IMG/VR virus record: IMGVR_UViG_3300018476_000001
Location: 1-49,812 of that record
DNA from: a virus
Taxonomy: Duplodnaviria; Caudoviricetes
Direction: 5' to 3' (one strand)
DNA: 49,812 nt
Shown: positions 15,325 through 24,622 of the stretch, one piece after another
Layout: each line of letters begins with the position of its first letter
Numbering within the stretch: the stretch's first letter is position 1
Position numbers and translations under genes: made by a program
The notes under the pieces: generated by a model
The model's input: the letters and a program-made list of their open reading frames with translations, nothing else
What the model was told of the DNA's origin: nothing
The model's database searches: none

Positions 15325-15747
15325 ATGACTAGGCTCCACGAGACTGTCGGCCTCGAGCGCTACAAAGCCGCGATGCTGGCGACGGCACAGGTTCTACGCG
15401 CACCTAAGGCAGCGCCGACCCCAAAGCTCAGCTTCCCCGAACGTACGCGCCTGCCGACACGGCGCATCATGATAGCCGACATCCAGGCCGAGGTCGCGCG
15501 CCACTATCAGATCCCAGAAAGCGAGATGCGATCGCCCAGCCATGTTCGCAAGGTCGCCTGGCCGCGGCAGGTCGCGATCTACCTGTCCCGACAGTTGACC
15601 GGCCGCAGCCGCACCGAGATCGGCAACTGCTTCGGCGGCCGCGACAGCTCGACCATATACACATCGTGCCGGGCAGTAGAGGCGCGTCGAGACGCCGATC
15701 CCCGCCTCGATCGCGTGATCCGCATGCTGGCCTCGAGACTGGCATGA
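15325..15747 (+). CDS. DnaA C-terminal (domain IV) HTH protein
   Basis: IQAEVARHY...PRQVAIYLSRQLT..S..EIG..FGGRDSSTI. Confidence 0.88.
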   Translation: MTRLHETVGLERYKAAMLATAQVLRAPKAAPTPKLSFPERTRLPTRRIMIADIQAEVARHYQIPESEMRSPSHVRKVAWPRQVAIYLSRQLTGRSRTEIGNCFGGRDSSTIYTSCRAVEARRDADPRLDRVIRMLASRLA

Positions 15748-16091
15748 ACGCCCGCGTCAGCAAGAAGGGCTGCTACGTCAAAGGGCGGCGCTTCGAATAC
15801 GAAGTGCGCGACGACTTCGTTGCGTCCGGGCTGCCTTGTCGCCGCGTCCTCCAGTCCGGCTCCGGAATCGAGAAGGGTGATCTCGTCCTCACCTGCCGTT
15901 TTGGCGAGCAGAGGGGTGAGGCCAAGCGCCGCCGGACTCTTCCCGCCTACCTGACGGAAGCGCTTAACCAAGGCCACGACTTCGCTGTCTTCCGAGAGGA
16001 CCGCGGGCAAACCTTCGTCCTCATCACGCTCGATCGCTTCAAGCAGCTCGTGTCCCGTCCCTCCATGTCGAAGGAGGGGGTATGCGGATAG
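15744..16091 (+). CDS. Hjc-like PD-(D/E)xK Holliday junction resolvase
   Basis: KGRRFEYEV...RRVLQSGS...GDL...EAKRR. Confidence 0.75.
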   Translation: MNARVSKKGCYVKGRRFEYEVRDDFVASGLPCRRVLQSGSGIEKGDLVLTCRFGEQRGEAKRRRTLPAYLTEALNQGHDFAVFREDRGQTFVLITLDRFKQLVSRPSMSKEGVCG

Positions 16092-16462
16092 AGGATGGGC
16101 GCGTGGCTGCGCCACCGGGCTCTCACCCTTCGGGCCACGCCGGCTGCGCCGTCGATGGCGCTTCGCGTTTCGATCCCTCGCGCGTGATTAAGTTGGGACT
16201 GCCGTGGCCGTGGCGCTTCCGCAAGATAGCCATTCGTGGCGACACCTGCTTTTTCTGGGCCTACTCGCGTCGGACCTTCGCCGTTGGGTTCGAAGACCTG
16301 CAGGACGGCTTTATCGTCTTCCTAGGCTGCTTCTGTATCGGCTGGGGCAGCATCTCGGCTGCGATGGACCGTGAGCCGGAATATTACACCCGAGCCGACG
16401 TGGATGCCCTCTACGAGAAACTGAGGGGTGTGAAGTTCTGCGATAGCGATGAAGCGGCATGA
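16082..16462 (+). CDS. Hypothetical protein; N-terminus encoded by E15
   Basis: AAGGAGG RBS; 126 aa. Confidence 0.7.
   Translation: MRIEDGRVAAPPGSHPSGHAGCAVDGASRFDPSRVIKLGLPWPWRFRKIAIRGDTCFFWAYSRRTFAVGFEDLQDGFIVFLGCFCIGWGSISAAMDREPEYYTRADVDALYEKLRGVKFCDSDEAA
16097..16184 (+). repeat. Structured element E15 (A)
   Basis: gggcgcgtggctgcgccaccgggct...tttcgatccctcgcgcg. Confidence 0.88.
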
Positions 16463-16947
16463 GCGGGCAGCATCCCTTGGATCGCGCTTGTCCAGCTTGC
16501 GGCGCCGAGGCCGGCCAAAACTGCATTCGCAAGTGGGGCGGCGTTAGGCTGTCCTATCACCGCGCTCGTGGATCTCGACGCCGAGCTCCATTCGTCGCCC
16601 AGCAAGGCCGGGTAGCGACTGACAGCCCCATCGAAGCAATTCTGGCGAGCTTCATCCTGGGATGGATCGACCACCATGAAATTGGCGGGTTCAGCGTCCG
16701 CACGCAGGCGAAGCTGGGCCGCGGATACCGGGCCGACATTCTAATCGAAATGGCTGGGCGAAAGCTGGTTGTCGAGTGCGACGGAGACGCCTTCCACAGC
16801 TCACCAGAGCAAATTGCCCACGATAGGCGGCGGGATCGCTACTGCGCCTCCCAAGGTATGGCGGTGATGCGGTTCAGCGGAAGCGAGATCAACCGCGACC
16901 CGCGCGGCTGTGCGATCGAAGTCGGCGCGTGGATTAGGTTGCCATGA
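16459..16947 (+). CDS. Zn-finger plus DUF559/Vsr-like endonuclease
   Basis: CPACGA...C; YRADI, VVECDG..FH, DRRRD, RFSGSEI. Confidence 0.85.
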   Translation: MSGQHPLDRACPACGAEAGQNCIRKWGGVRLSYHRARGSRRRAPFVAQQGRVATDSPIEAILASFILGWIDHHEIGGFSVRTQAKLGRGYRADILIEMAGRKLVVECDGDAFHSSPEQIAHDRRRDRYCASQGMAVMRFSGSEINRDPRGCAIEVGAWIRLP

Positions 16948-17660
16948 GCTTCGACGCCCTCGCATGGGCCGGGAAGTGCCGGCCGGGGAGCGCCAGCCGC
17001 AAGCTGGTGTTGTTCGCGCTCGCCGACCGGCACAATGACGAGGCGAACGGAGCCTATCCGTCCATCGCGTGGATAGCCGACTTTACCGGCCTCAACCGCA
17101 AGACGGTGATAACGTGCCTAGGTGAGCTCGAGCGGCGTTCCTTCATCACCGACAGCGGCGAGCGGAAGGGCGAGACGGCGCAGATAAAACTCTATCGCCT
17201 GCATCTAGAAACGGTGCCGAAAGTGGAACAGTCCCAAAAACGGAACAGTTCCGAAAAGGTCACGAAACAGTCCCAAAAACGGGACACGGATACAGTTAGA
17301 ACCAGTACGAAGAAGGGCAAGCCTTCTTCGAGAGCGCGCGCAATACCGAAACATCCGCTTCCCGATGGATGGGAGCCGAAACCGCTTACCGCGGGCACCG
17401 TCTGTGCGCAGATCGTCGCCGCCTGGCAGGCAGGTCGCATCGAACGAGAACTTTCGAAATTCCGGGATCACCACCTGCGCAGCGATGCGCGGTGGAGCGA
17501 TTGGGATGCAGCGTGGCGGACTTGGGTACAGAGGACAGGCGATTTCGATGGACAGCAACGAACCAACGGCATGGGAAGAAATCGATCCCCCGATGGCCTT
17601 GGCCGCACGGCCCGCGCCGCGCTCGACGTTTTCGGACCTGGCCCCGGCCACTCCCACTGA
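16944..17660 (+). CDS. Replication initiator with N-terminal winged HTH
   Basis: KLVLFALADR...AYPSIAWIA..TGLNRKTV; C-terminal FRDHH...DWDAAWRTW. Confidence 0.8.
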   Translation: MSFDALAWAGKCRPGSASRKLVLFALADRHNDEANGAYPSIAWIADFTGLNRKTVITCLGELERRSFITDSGERKGETAQIKLYRLHLETVPKVEQSQKRNSSEKVTKQSQKRDTDTVRTSTKKGKPSSRARAIPKHPLPDGWEPKPLTAGTVCAQIVAAWQAGRIERELSKFRDHHLRSDARWSDWDAAWRTWVQRTGDFDGQQRTNGMGRNRSPDGLGRTARAALDVFGPGPGHSH

Positions 17661-18183
17661 GTTTCGCAACGAGCTGACCTCCTGCCTCGCCCTGGTAGCG
17701 CCGACCGGGATGGCCGAGGATGACCGCCGCGAATGGCTCCGCGTGGCATGGGGCACGCTGGGCCACCTTCCCGCCGACCTTCTCGCCCGAGGGTGCCGCA
17801 AGGCCCGTGAGACGTGCGACCACCCCAGCAAGGTTGTGCCCGCGATCATGGCCGAGACGGAAGAGCCGATGCGGGTACGCCGCCGTCTCGCCACGCCGGA
17901 ACCCCAGCGCAGGCTGGAGCCGCCCAAGCGCCACATCATGGACCGTCGAGGAGAACCCATGACCGCCGCCGAGACTGAAGAGCTGAACAAGATATTGACC
18001 AACCTCGGGGCAACGACCCGCTATCGGGAAGATGGCAGCCGCCATGCTGTCGAGGCGGAAAGCATCGGCAGGCGCGATAATCGCGGCCCGCCCCGCAAGC
18101 CAACCCGGCAAGACTATATCGAAATGGGAGTCGATCCGGCCGTTCTGGATGCTGGCGGAAACACAGTGGCGAGGGAGGGGTAG
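17548..18183 (+). CDS. Replication-associated hypothetical protein
   Basis: Follows the initiator; start site uncertain. Confidence 0.65.
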   Translation: MDSNEPTAWEEIDPPMALAARPAPRSTFSDLAPATPTEFRNELTSCLALVAPTGMAEDDRREWLRVAWGTLGHLPADLLARGCRKARETCDHPSKVVPAIMAETEEPMRVRRRLATPEPQRRLEPPKRHIMDRRGEPMTAAETEELNKILTNLGATTRYREDGSRHAVEAESIGRRDNRGPPRKPTRQDYIEMGVDPAVLDAGGNTVAREG

Positions 18184-18187
18184 GATA

Positions 18188-19126
18188 GTGAGCGCACTTG
18201 CAACAAACGAGATTGACCTGACCAACGGCGAGCGGCCGAGTCTCGCGCTCGACATTCCCCAGGAGCAGAGCTTCGAAGACTGGGAGGCGATGGGCCGCAA
18301 GCTCTGCGCATCGTCCCAGGTCATCAACTGGTGGATCGGAGATTGGTGGGCTGCCGGCAACCATCGCTACGGTGAGCGGGCGAAGAAAGCGGCCGAGGGC
18401 ATATTCGGGCGCGAGTTCGGTTCTCTGATGAACCTCGCTTCGATCTGCCGCTCATTCGAAGGCTCACGGCGCCGTGAGGTTCTGAGCTTCACACATCACG
18501 TTGAGGTGGCCGCGCTGCCGCCGGCCGAAGCCGACGCGCTGTTGGATAAGGCTGAGCGTCTTCACTGGTCGACGCGGGATCTGCGCGAGGCTGTCGCCTG
18601 CCGTCGCGGCGACGCCTATCCAGATGGGCGCAACGTCCTCCATTTCGAGCGCGGTGAACGGACGAACTATGATCGCACCGAAGCAAAGGAGGCTATATTC
18701 GATCGGCTGAACCTCGCGGCCGAACGCGGTGAAATCTGCCCGATTGCCGACGAGCTCCAGGAGATAGCAGGCGTCCAGTCCGTCTCGACCACCGTCGCTC
18801 TGATGCACAGCCTCGAGGAGGACAAGCGGATCACGGTCGAGCGTTATCAGCGCAGCCGAGTCGTCACGATCACCGGAACGGGGAAGTCCACGGCCACGCC
18901 GAACGACATGACCCCACACTGGCGCAGCATTCCACGCGACGTCCCCACGCCGCAGCAGGAGGCTATCCGCGAGAAACGCCCCGACGTTGCGCGGGACATA
19001 TTTCTGGAAGCGCGCCGGCTCGGAAAAAGCCCGGCAGAGTTCCTGGTCGATCTCGTCTTCATCGGCTGGGACGTGTGGAGCAGCGGCCGCGCGATTCAGG
19101 TCGGCGCGAGTGAGGGGTTAATCTAG
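18188..19126 (+). CDS. LmbU-like DNA-binding regulator; candidate late activator
   Basis: WWIGDW...RRREVLSFTHHVEVAALP...WSTRDLR; last gene before terS. Confidence 0.6.
   Translation: MSALATNEIDLTNGERPSLALDIPQEQSFEDWEAMGRKLCASSQVINWWIGDWWAAGNHRYGERAKKAAEGIFGREFGSLMNLASICRSFEGSRRREVLSFTHHVEVAALPPAEADALLDKAERLHWSTRDLREAVACRRGDAYPDGRNVLHFERGERTNYDRTEAKEAIFDRLNLAAERGEICPIADELQEIAGVQSVSTTVALMHSLEEDKRITVERYQRSRVVTITGTGKSTATPNDMTPHWRSIPRDVPTPQQEAIREKRPDVARDIFLEARRLGKSPAEFLVDLVFIGWDVWSSGRAIQVGASEGLI
19092..19122 (+). promoter_or_regulatory. Late promoter motif, variant CGATTCAG
   Basis: Starts 38 nt before the terS ATG. Confidence 0.55.
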
Positions 19127-19129
19127 GCC

Positions 19130-19609
19130 ATGGGCCAAGCCTATTCCCATAAAGAGCGCGAGCGCGTCATCACTCACGTCCTCGCGGAGCTTTCGGGTGG
19201 GCGGGCAGTCAGCCGCATATTGCGCGAAGATGAGGGGATGCCTGCCTCTAGTCTGTTCTGGCAGTGGCATCTTGAGAGCGAGGATCTTCAGGAGAAAGTC
19301 GCGCGTGCGCGTGCGAACGGCGTCGAAGCGCTGATGGACGAAACCATTGTCATCGCGGACGAGTCACAAGGTGATTGGCGGCGTTCCAAGGACGATGATG
19401 ATGAAATGGAGTTCGCGCCTGACCACGTTCAGCGGGCGAAGCTGCGCATCCACGCTCGCCACCAGTACGCCCAGATGATCGCCCCGCGGAAGTACGGGCC
19501 GAAGCTCGACCTGACCAGCGACGGCAAGGCACTCGGGCTGGCGGCCGAGATCGAAGCTGCGCGGCGCCGGGCGGCGGAGGGCCAAGGTGGCGACCAGCCC
19601 ACAGATTGA
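19130..19609 (+). CDS. terS: Terminase small subunit
   Basis: HTH N-terminus, AKLRI...APRKYG; immediately upstream of terL. Confidence 0.88.
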   Translation: MGQAYSHKERERVITHVLAELSGGRAVSRILREDEGMPASSLFWQWHLESEDLQEKVARARANGVEALMDETIVIADESQGDWRRSKDDDDEMEFAPDHVQRAKLRIHARHQYAQMIAPRKYGPKLDLTSDGKALGLAAEIEAARRRAAEGQGGDQPTD

Positions 19610-21158
19610 GCTTGCCCGCGACATCGGATCATACGCCTTCGATCCGCTCGGCCACGCGCTCTATGCGTTTCCCTGGAACCGACCCGGCACTCCGCTTGAA
19701 GGGGTGACCGGCCCGCGCCGATGGCAGGGCGACCTCATGGTCACCATCCGCGAGCATCTTGCCGACCCGTCGACCCGCTTCAAGCCGCTCCGCATAGCCA
19801 TCGCGTCGGGCCACGGCATCGGCAAGTCAGCCGAGATCGGGATGTTGTCGAAATGGGCGATGGACTGCTGGGTCGATGCCCGCGTCGTCATCACCGCCAA
19901 CACCGAGCAGCAGCTCGTCACCAAGACGTCGCCGGAGGTCCACAAGTGGCACCGCATGGCGATCACGCGCGATTGGTTCCGGCCGGCGACGATGAAGATC
20001 GCCTCGAACGAGGCCGGCCACGCCGATAGTTGGCGGCTGGATTTCGTCACCTGGTCGGAGAACAACACCGAGGCTTTCGCCGGTCTGCACAATGTCGGGC
20101 GCCTGATCCTGGTCATCTATGACGAGGGATCGAACATCGCGGACAAGGTGTGGGAGGTCACCGAGGGCGCGCTGACCGACGAGGACACGGTCATCATCTG
20201 GGTCGCGTTCGGCAATCCCACCCGCAATGTCGGTCGCTTCCGCGAGTGCTTCGGGAGATATCGGCATCTCTGGATCACCCGCCAGATCGACAGCCGCACC
20301 GTCGAGGGGACGAACAAGGAATATCTCCAGTCCGTTATCGAGACATACGGCATAGACAGCGACATCGCCAAGGTGCGCGTGCTGGGGCAATTCCCGTCGG
20401 CCAGCTCGCTGCAGCTCATTTCGTCCGACGTAGTGGCTGCGGCGAGAGTGCGCGAGCCTGGTCATCTTCCATCCGAGCCCGTTATCTTTGGCGTCGATCA
20501 CGCCCGCTTCGGCGATGACCAGAGTGTGCTTTCGATACGGCAGGGCAGGGATGCCCGTTCGCGCCCGTGGAAGCGCTGGCAGGGTCAATACGCGCTGAAC
20601 GAGGGCAATTCCATGCAGATTGCCGGCGACATCAACATGGAGATGCAAAGGTGGCATCCCGACGCGGTTTTCATCGATGGAGGTGGGCCGAACGCGGGCG
20701 GCATTATCGACCGGCTGCGGCAGCTCAATCCGGATTACGAGGGCATCTACGAGGTCAACTTCGGCGGCGAGGGGAGGGAGGCCAACTGGGCGAACGAAAT
20801 CAGGGTGAAGACGGCCAACAAGCGAGCCGAGATGTGGATGAATTTGCGCGCGTGGCTGCCCAAAGGCGCATTGCCCGACGAGCAGCAGATCCAGGACGAT
20901 TTATGCGGGGTCGAATACGGCTACGCCGAGGACCAGTCGACAATTATACTGGAGAAGAAGAAGCACATGAAGAAGCGCGGCCTGTCGTCACCGGACAATG
21001 GTGATGCGCTGGCGCTGACCTTCGCTGAGTTCGTGGCCCCGCGCGAGTTGCCGGAATATCTCAACCCTGAGAACTATGGGAGGCAGACAGGCTACGACCG
21101 CTACAGCGAATTGCCTGCTTACACGGCGATGCAGGACGGCTATGATCGCTATCGGTGA
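19587..21158 (+). CDS. terL: Terminase large subunit
   Basis: Walker A SGHGIGKS; Walker B VIYDE; GNPTR; nuclease GVDHARFGDD and SPDNGDALALTF. Confidence 0.96.
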   Translation: MATSPQIELARDIGSYAFDPLGHALYAFPWNRPGTPLEGVTGPRRWQGDLMVTIREHLADPSTRFKPLRIAIASGHGIGKSAEIGMLSKWAMDCWVDARVVITANTEQQLVTKTSPEVHKWHRMAITRDWFRPATMKIASNEAGHADSWRLDFVTWSENNTEAFAGLHNVGRLILVIYDEGSNIADKVWEVTEGALTDEDTVIIWVAFGNPTRNVGRFRECFGRYRHLWITRQIDSRTVEGTNKEYLQSVIETYGIDSDIAKVRVLGQFPSASSLQLISSDVVAAARVREPGHLPSEPVIFGVDHARFGDDQSVLSIRQGRDARSRPWKRWQGQYALNEGNSMQIAGDINMEMQRWHPDAVFIDGGGPNAGGIIDRLRQLNPDYEGIYEVNFGGEGREANWANEIRVKTANKRAEMWMNLRAWLPKGALPDEQQIQDDLCGVEYGYAEDQSTIILEKKKHMKKRGLSSPDNGDALALTFAEFVAPRELPEYLNPENYGRQTGYDRYSELPAYTAMQDGYDRYR

Positions 21159-21403
21159 AGCTCCCTCCCGATCTTCTGCGGCGCGTGATCGGCCTCAAGG
21201 CGAGGCTGGAGCATGTGAAGCGAAGGGAGGGGCAGGAGGCCAAGCCGGCAGTCGAAGAGGTAGGCAATGGTGCGGCTGCATATAAGCTTTAGGGCATGGT
21301 CAGAGGCAGAGCGCAAAGGCCGGCTCGCTCAGTTGCGCTCGCCAGAAGTCCGTGCGTGGCTACAAGAGGTTAGCGCCATATTCAATCAGCGACTTTGGTC
21401 CGC

Positions 21404-21432
21404 CGATTCAACCCCTGAGGGCTGACGCATAA
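21404..21432 (+). promoter_or_regulatory. Late promoter motif CGATTCAA-N16-CATAA
   Basis: Intergenic; 39 nt before ATG 21443. Confidence 0.7.
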
Positions 21433-21442
21433 CCAAGCGGGC

Positions 21443-21595
21443 ATGTGCTCGCCCAAATTGCTCCTCAGCCCCGCGACTGCGCTCATGGGCGGCGGACGGG
21501 GCGCGCTGGCGATGCTCTCTCCCGCCGCAGCCCTGCTTACCAAGAAGCGCAAGGACAAGCCCGCCACCGGGACCATGCCGGGGAGCGATTACTGA
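21443..21595 (+). CDS. Small Met-Cys protein (50 aa)
   Basis: MCSPKLLLSPATALMGG...; follows the promoter motif. Confidence 0.6.
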   Translation: MCSPKLLLSPATALMGGGRGALAMLSPAAALLTKKRKDKPATGTMPGSDY

Positions 21596-21738
21596 TGTGC
21601 ATGTATTATCCCGGCCCTGCCGTCGCGCGGCCTATGCCGACCACAACCGACATGAAGAAGGCACGGCAAGCCGATAGCACATTTCTGTCAGACTTGGCCG
21701 AGCGGGCTCACGCGAAATCCCTCGAAAGGGCGCGCTGA
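21595..21738 (+). CDS. Small Met-Cys protein (47 aa)
   Basis: MCMYYPGP...; TGATG coupling. Confidence 0.5.
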   Translation: MCMYYPGPAVARPMPTTTDMKKARQADSTFLSDLAERAHAKSLERAR

Positions 21739-21941
21739 TGTGCATCGTCCCCAAGGCGCCGAAGATCCCGCCCCCGGTCGAGAGGCAGGCCCAGCAGCCC
21801 GCTCAGGAGCCGATGGACCGCCGCACCGGCCTCCACATGCGCAAGCGCCGCGGCTTCTGGGCTTCGATCATGACCGGCCCCAAGGGCTTGACGGGCCTCC
21901 CGCGCGTCACCGGCTCTGGCTCAGCGATCACCGGCGGATAG
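21738..21941 (+). CDS. Small virion protein, T7 gp6.7-like position
   Basis: MCIVPKAPKIPPP...SIMTGPKGL; just before portal. Confidence 0.7.
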   Translation: MCIVPKAPKIPPPVERQAQQPAQEPMDRRTGLHMRKRRGFWASIMTGPKGLTGLPRVTGSGSAITGG

Positions 21942-23630
21942 ATGGCCCTCAACCTTCGCGAGCGCTGCACGAAAAGGCTGGTCGGCATGAAGGCCGCTCG
22001 CCTGCCCTACGAGGACGAATGGCGCGAGACTGCTTCTTGCGCCCAACCGGCGCGCTCACGGTTCCTCAACAAGGACACCAACCAGAACGCCCGCCAGCGC
22101 AACAAGAAGCTCAACAGCAGCCACGGCATCTTCGCCTTCCGCACACTGCAAGGGGGAATGACGTCGGGGCTTTCCTCCCCCTCCCGGCCGTGGAAGGTGC
22201 TGCGCAGTTACGACGAAGGCCTGATGGAGGATCAGGAAGCGAAGGTGTGGTTCGGCGAGGTCGACCGCCGGATGGATTCCTTCCTCGCGCAGACGAACTT
22301 CTACCAGGCCGCTAAGACCGGCTATCTCGAAATGGGCCTGTTCGGCGGCGAGGCCTGCGTCATGGTCGAGCATCCGTCCGAGGGCGCGGTCTGCCATCAG
22401 CTTACGGCCGGCGAATATTGGATCGGGCTCGGCTCGGCAATGACTCCGGAAGCTCTTTATCGCCGGGTGCCGATGACGGTCATCCAGGCGGTCCAGCGTT
22501 TCCCGTGGAACAGGCTCTGCCGGCGCATTCGCGAGGCTTACGACAACAGCCGCTATGAGGAGATTTGCAACCTCTTCCACGCGATCGAGCTGAACGACGA
22601 GCGCGACCCGTCCTATGTCGATGCCCGCGGCAAGATGTTCCGCTCAGTCTGGTGGGACGAGAGCAACGACACGAAGGGCGGCTCGGAATATGGGGCGTGC
22701 CTCGAAGTCAGCGGCTACGAGGAGCAGCCCTTCTGGGCGCCGCGCTGGGACACGACGGGCGCCGACGTCTATGGAGTAGGACCGGGCGCCGACGCGCTTC
22801 CCGATCTTCGCGAGCTCCAGCTTCAGACGAAGCGCAAGGGCGAGGCGACCGACTTTCTCTTGAAGCCCGAGATCGTCGCCCCGTCCCGGGTGAAGCTCCG
22901 CCGCGTGCCCGGATCCGTGGTCAGCGCGGCCAGCGTCGACATCGAGAAGGTCTCGGTCCCTTATACGGTACCCTATCAGGCCATCGACGCCGTCAACCAG
23001 GACGTGCAGCGCTGCATGGAGGCCATCGACCGCGCTTCCTACGCCGACCTCTTCATGGCAATCACCAACATGCAGGGCATCCAGCCTCGCAACGTCGAGG
23101 AGATCGCGTCGCGCAACGAGGAGAAGCTGACCCAGCTCGGCCCCGTCATCGAGCGGGTCAACAATGAAAAGCTCGAGGTGGCGATTGAGCGCACTCTCGG
23201 GATCATGTCGCGCGCCGGCCTTCTGCCCCCACCCCCGGAATCGCTGGCCGAAACCGAGATCAAGACCGAGTTCGTCTCCATTCTGACCCAGATGCAACGA
23301 ATGGTCGGCTTGGGACAGATCGAGCGCTTCGCTGGCTTTGCCTCCGCGACTATGGCGGCGCATCCGGAGGCCAAGCACAAGATCGCCGTCTTCGAGATGA
23401 TCGACGAGTACGGCCAGCGAGCGGGCGTACCCCCGAAGATCATCATCCCGACCGAGCAGGCCCAGGCATCGCTCATGGGCGAGATCGAGGATCAGCGCGC
23501 CGCCGCGATGGCTGAGCAGATCGCCAACATGGCGCCGGTCGGCAAGGTGGCTGTGGATGCTGCCAAGGTCGCCGCCGATGCGCCGCCGGGCATCATCTCG
23601 CCGATTAATGAGTTGATGCCGCTGCCATGA
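21942..23630 (+). CDS. Portal (head-tail connector), T7/BPP-1 type
   Basis: 562 aa; SGLSSPSRPW, PRW...YG.GP, EEKLTQLGPVIER. Confidence 0.93.
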   Translation: MALNLRERCTKRLVGMKAARLPYEDEWRETASCAQPARSRFLNKDTNQNARQRNKKLNSSHGIFAFRTLQGGMTSGLSSPSRPWKVLRSYDEGLMEDQEAKVWFGEVDRRMDSFLAQTNFYQAAKTGYLEMGLFGGEACVMVEHPSEGAVCHQLTAGEYWIGLGSAMTPEALYRRVPMTVIQAVQRFPWNRLCRRIREAYDNSRYEEICNLFHAIELNDERDPSYVDARGKMFRSVWWDESNDTKGGSEYGACLEVSGYEEQPFWAPRWDTTGADVYGVGPGADALPDLRELQLQTKRKGEATDFLLKPEIVAPSRVKLRRVPGSVVSAASVDIEKVSVPYTVPYQAIDAVNQDVQRCMEAIDRASYADLFMAITNMQGIQPRNVEEIASRNEEKLTQLGPVIERVNNEKLEVAIERTLGIMSRAGLLPPPPESLAETEIKTEFVSILTQMQRMVGLGQIERFAGFASATMAAHPEAKHKIAVFEMIDEYGQRAGVPPKIIIPTEQAQASLMGEIEDQRAAAMAEQIANMAPVGKVAVDAAKVAADAPPGIISPINELMPLP

Positions 23631-23974
23631 GCGCCGACCTTCAGACCGAGGACATGCAATTCCTCAACGCGCAGCCGCAGTTCCGCAGATTTTTGTGGCG
23701 CGTGATTCAAATGGCGGGGATTTTGGCCCCTGCAACCAATGGGGCCGATGGCCGCGATCTCAGCTTTGCTGAGGGGCGCAGGAACCTGGGGTTCGAAATC
23801 CTCGCCGATGCCGAGATGGGGCAGCCCATCCAGCATCACGAAAGCCTGATGACCCTTCTTCAGGTGCTTCGCGAGGAAGCCCAGCAATCGGAGAAACCCA
23901 ATGGCAGACGAAAACCCCGATATGACCGAAACGACGACCTCGCAGACGGAGACGAGCGGGACGTCGACGGATGA
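23627..23974 (+). CDS. Bbp19-like head-associated protein
   Basis: RRFLWRVI...FAEGRRNLG motif after portal. Confidence 0.7.
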   Translation: MSADLQTEDMQFLNAQPQFRRFLWRVIQMAGILAPATNGADGRDLSFAEGRRNLGFEILADAEMGQPIQHHESLMTLLQVLREEAQQSEKPNGRRKPRYDRNDDLADGDERDVDG

Positions 23975-24611
23975 CGCCGCCGATCCATCGCTGATGAGCG
24001 CGGCCGGGGGCGACAAGAAGGACGACGAGGGCGGGGACAAGGCCGACGGTGGCGACAAGAAGGAGGGCGAAGACAAAGCCGCTGACGCCGACAAAGCCCC
24101 CGAGCCGCCCGAGAAGTACGAGCTCACCGCCCCGGAAGGGCTGGAGCTGACGCCCGAGATCGAGGCCGAGGTAACGCCCGTGCTGCGCGAGGCCGGCGTT
24201 ATGTCGGACGAGGCGGCGAACAAGGTGCTGTCGCTGGCGCCCAAGTTTCTCGAGCGGATTACCAAGGCGCAGACCGACGCACACGAGGAGCAGGGCGCCG
24301 AATGGGCGAAGGAAGCCCAGGCCGACCCGCGTCTCGGCGGCAAGGAATGGGCGAACACCGAGCGCTTCGTGGCCAAAGCCTTCGACACCGCAGCCGCCGG
24401 CCTCGGCAAGGACGGCGCCGAACAGGTGGCCGCCTTCAAGAAGCTGCTGGATGACACCCGCCTCGGCAACCATCCGGTCCTGATGCGCATGTTCCGCTTC
24501 TACGGCGAGCGCATCTCCGAGGATTCCGATTTCACTCGCGGCGGGGACGCTCCGGTCAAGAAGACCGCCGAAGCGGCCCTGTACGACGAAGCATTCCAGC
24601 CCAAGACGTGA
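23901..24611 (+). CDS. Scaffolding protein
   Basis: Acidic N-terminus, PEKYEL, LGNHP..ISED; precedes the capsid gene. Confidence 0.8.
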   Translation: MADENPDMTETTTSQTETSGTSTDDAADPSLMSAAGGDKKDDEGGDKADGGDKKEGEDKAADADKAPEPPEKYELTAPEGLELTPEIEAEVTPVLREAGVMSDEAANKVLSLAPKFLERITKAQTDAHEEQGAEWAKEAQADPRLGGKEWANTERFVAKAFDTAAAGLGKDGAEQVAAFKKLLDDTRLGNHPVLMRMFRFYGERISEDSDFTRGGDAPVKKTAEAALYDEAFQPKT

Positions 24612-24622
24612 GGAGCTAGATC

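Noticed and set aside
1067-16184. Elements as a CRISPR array or integron attC array
   Set aside because: Spacing is irregular, both orientations occur, copies are divergent, there are no cas genes and no consistent RYYYAAC/GTTRRRY ends.
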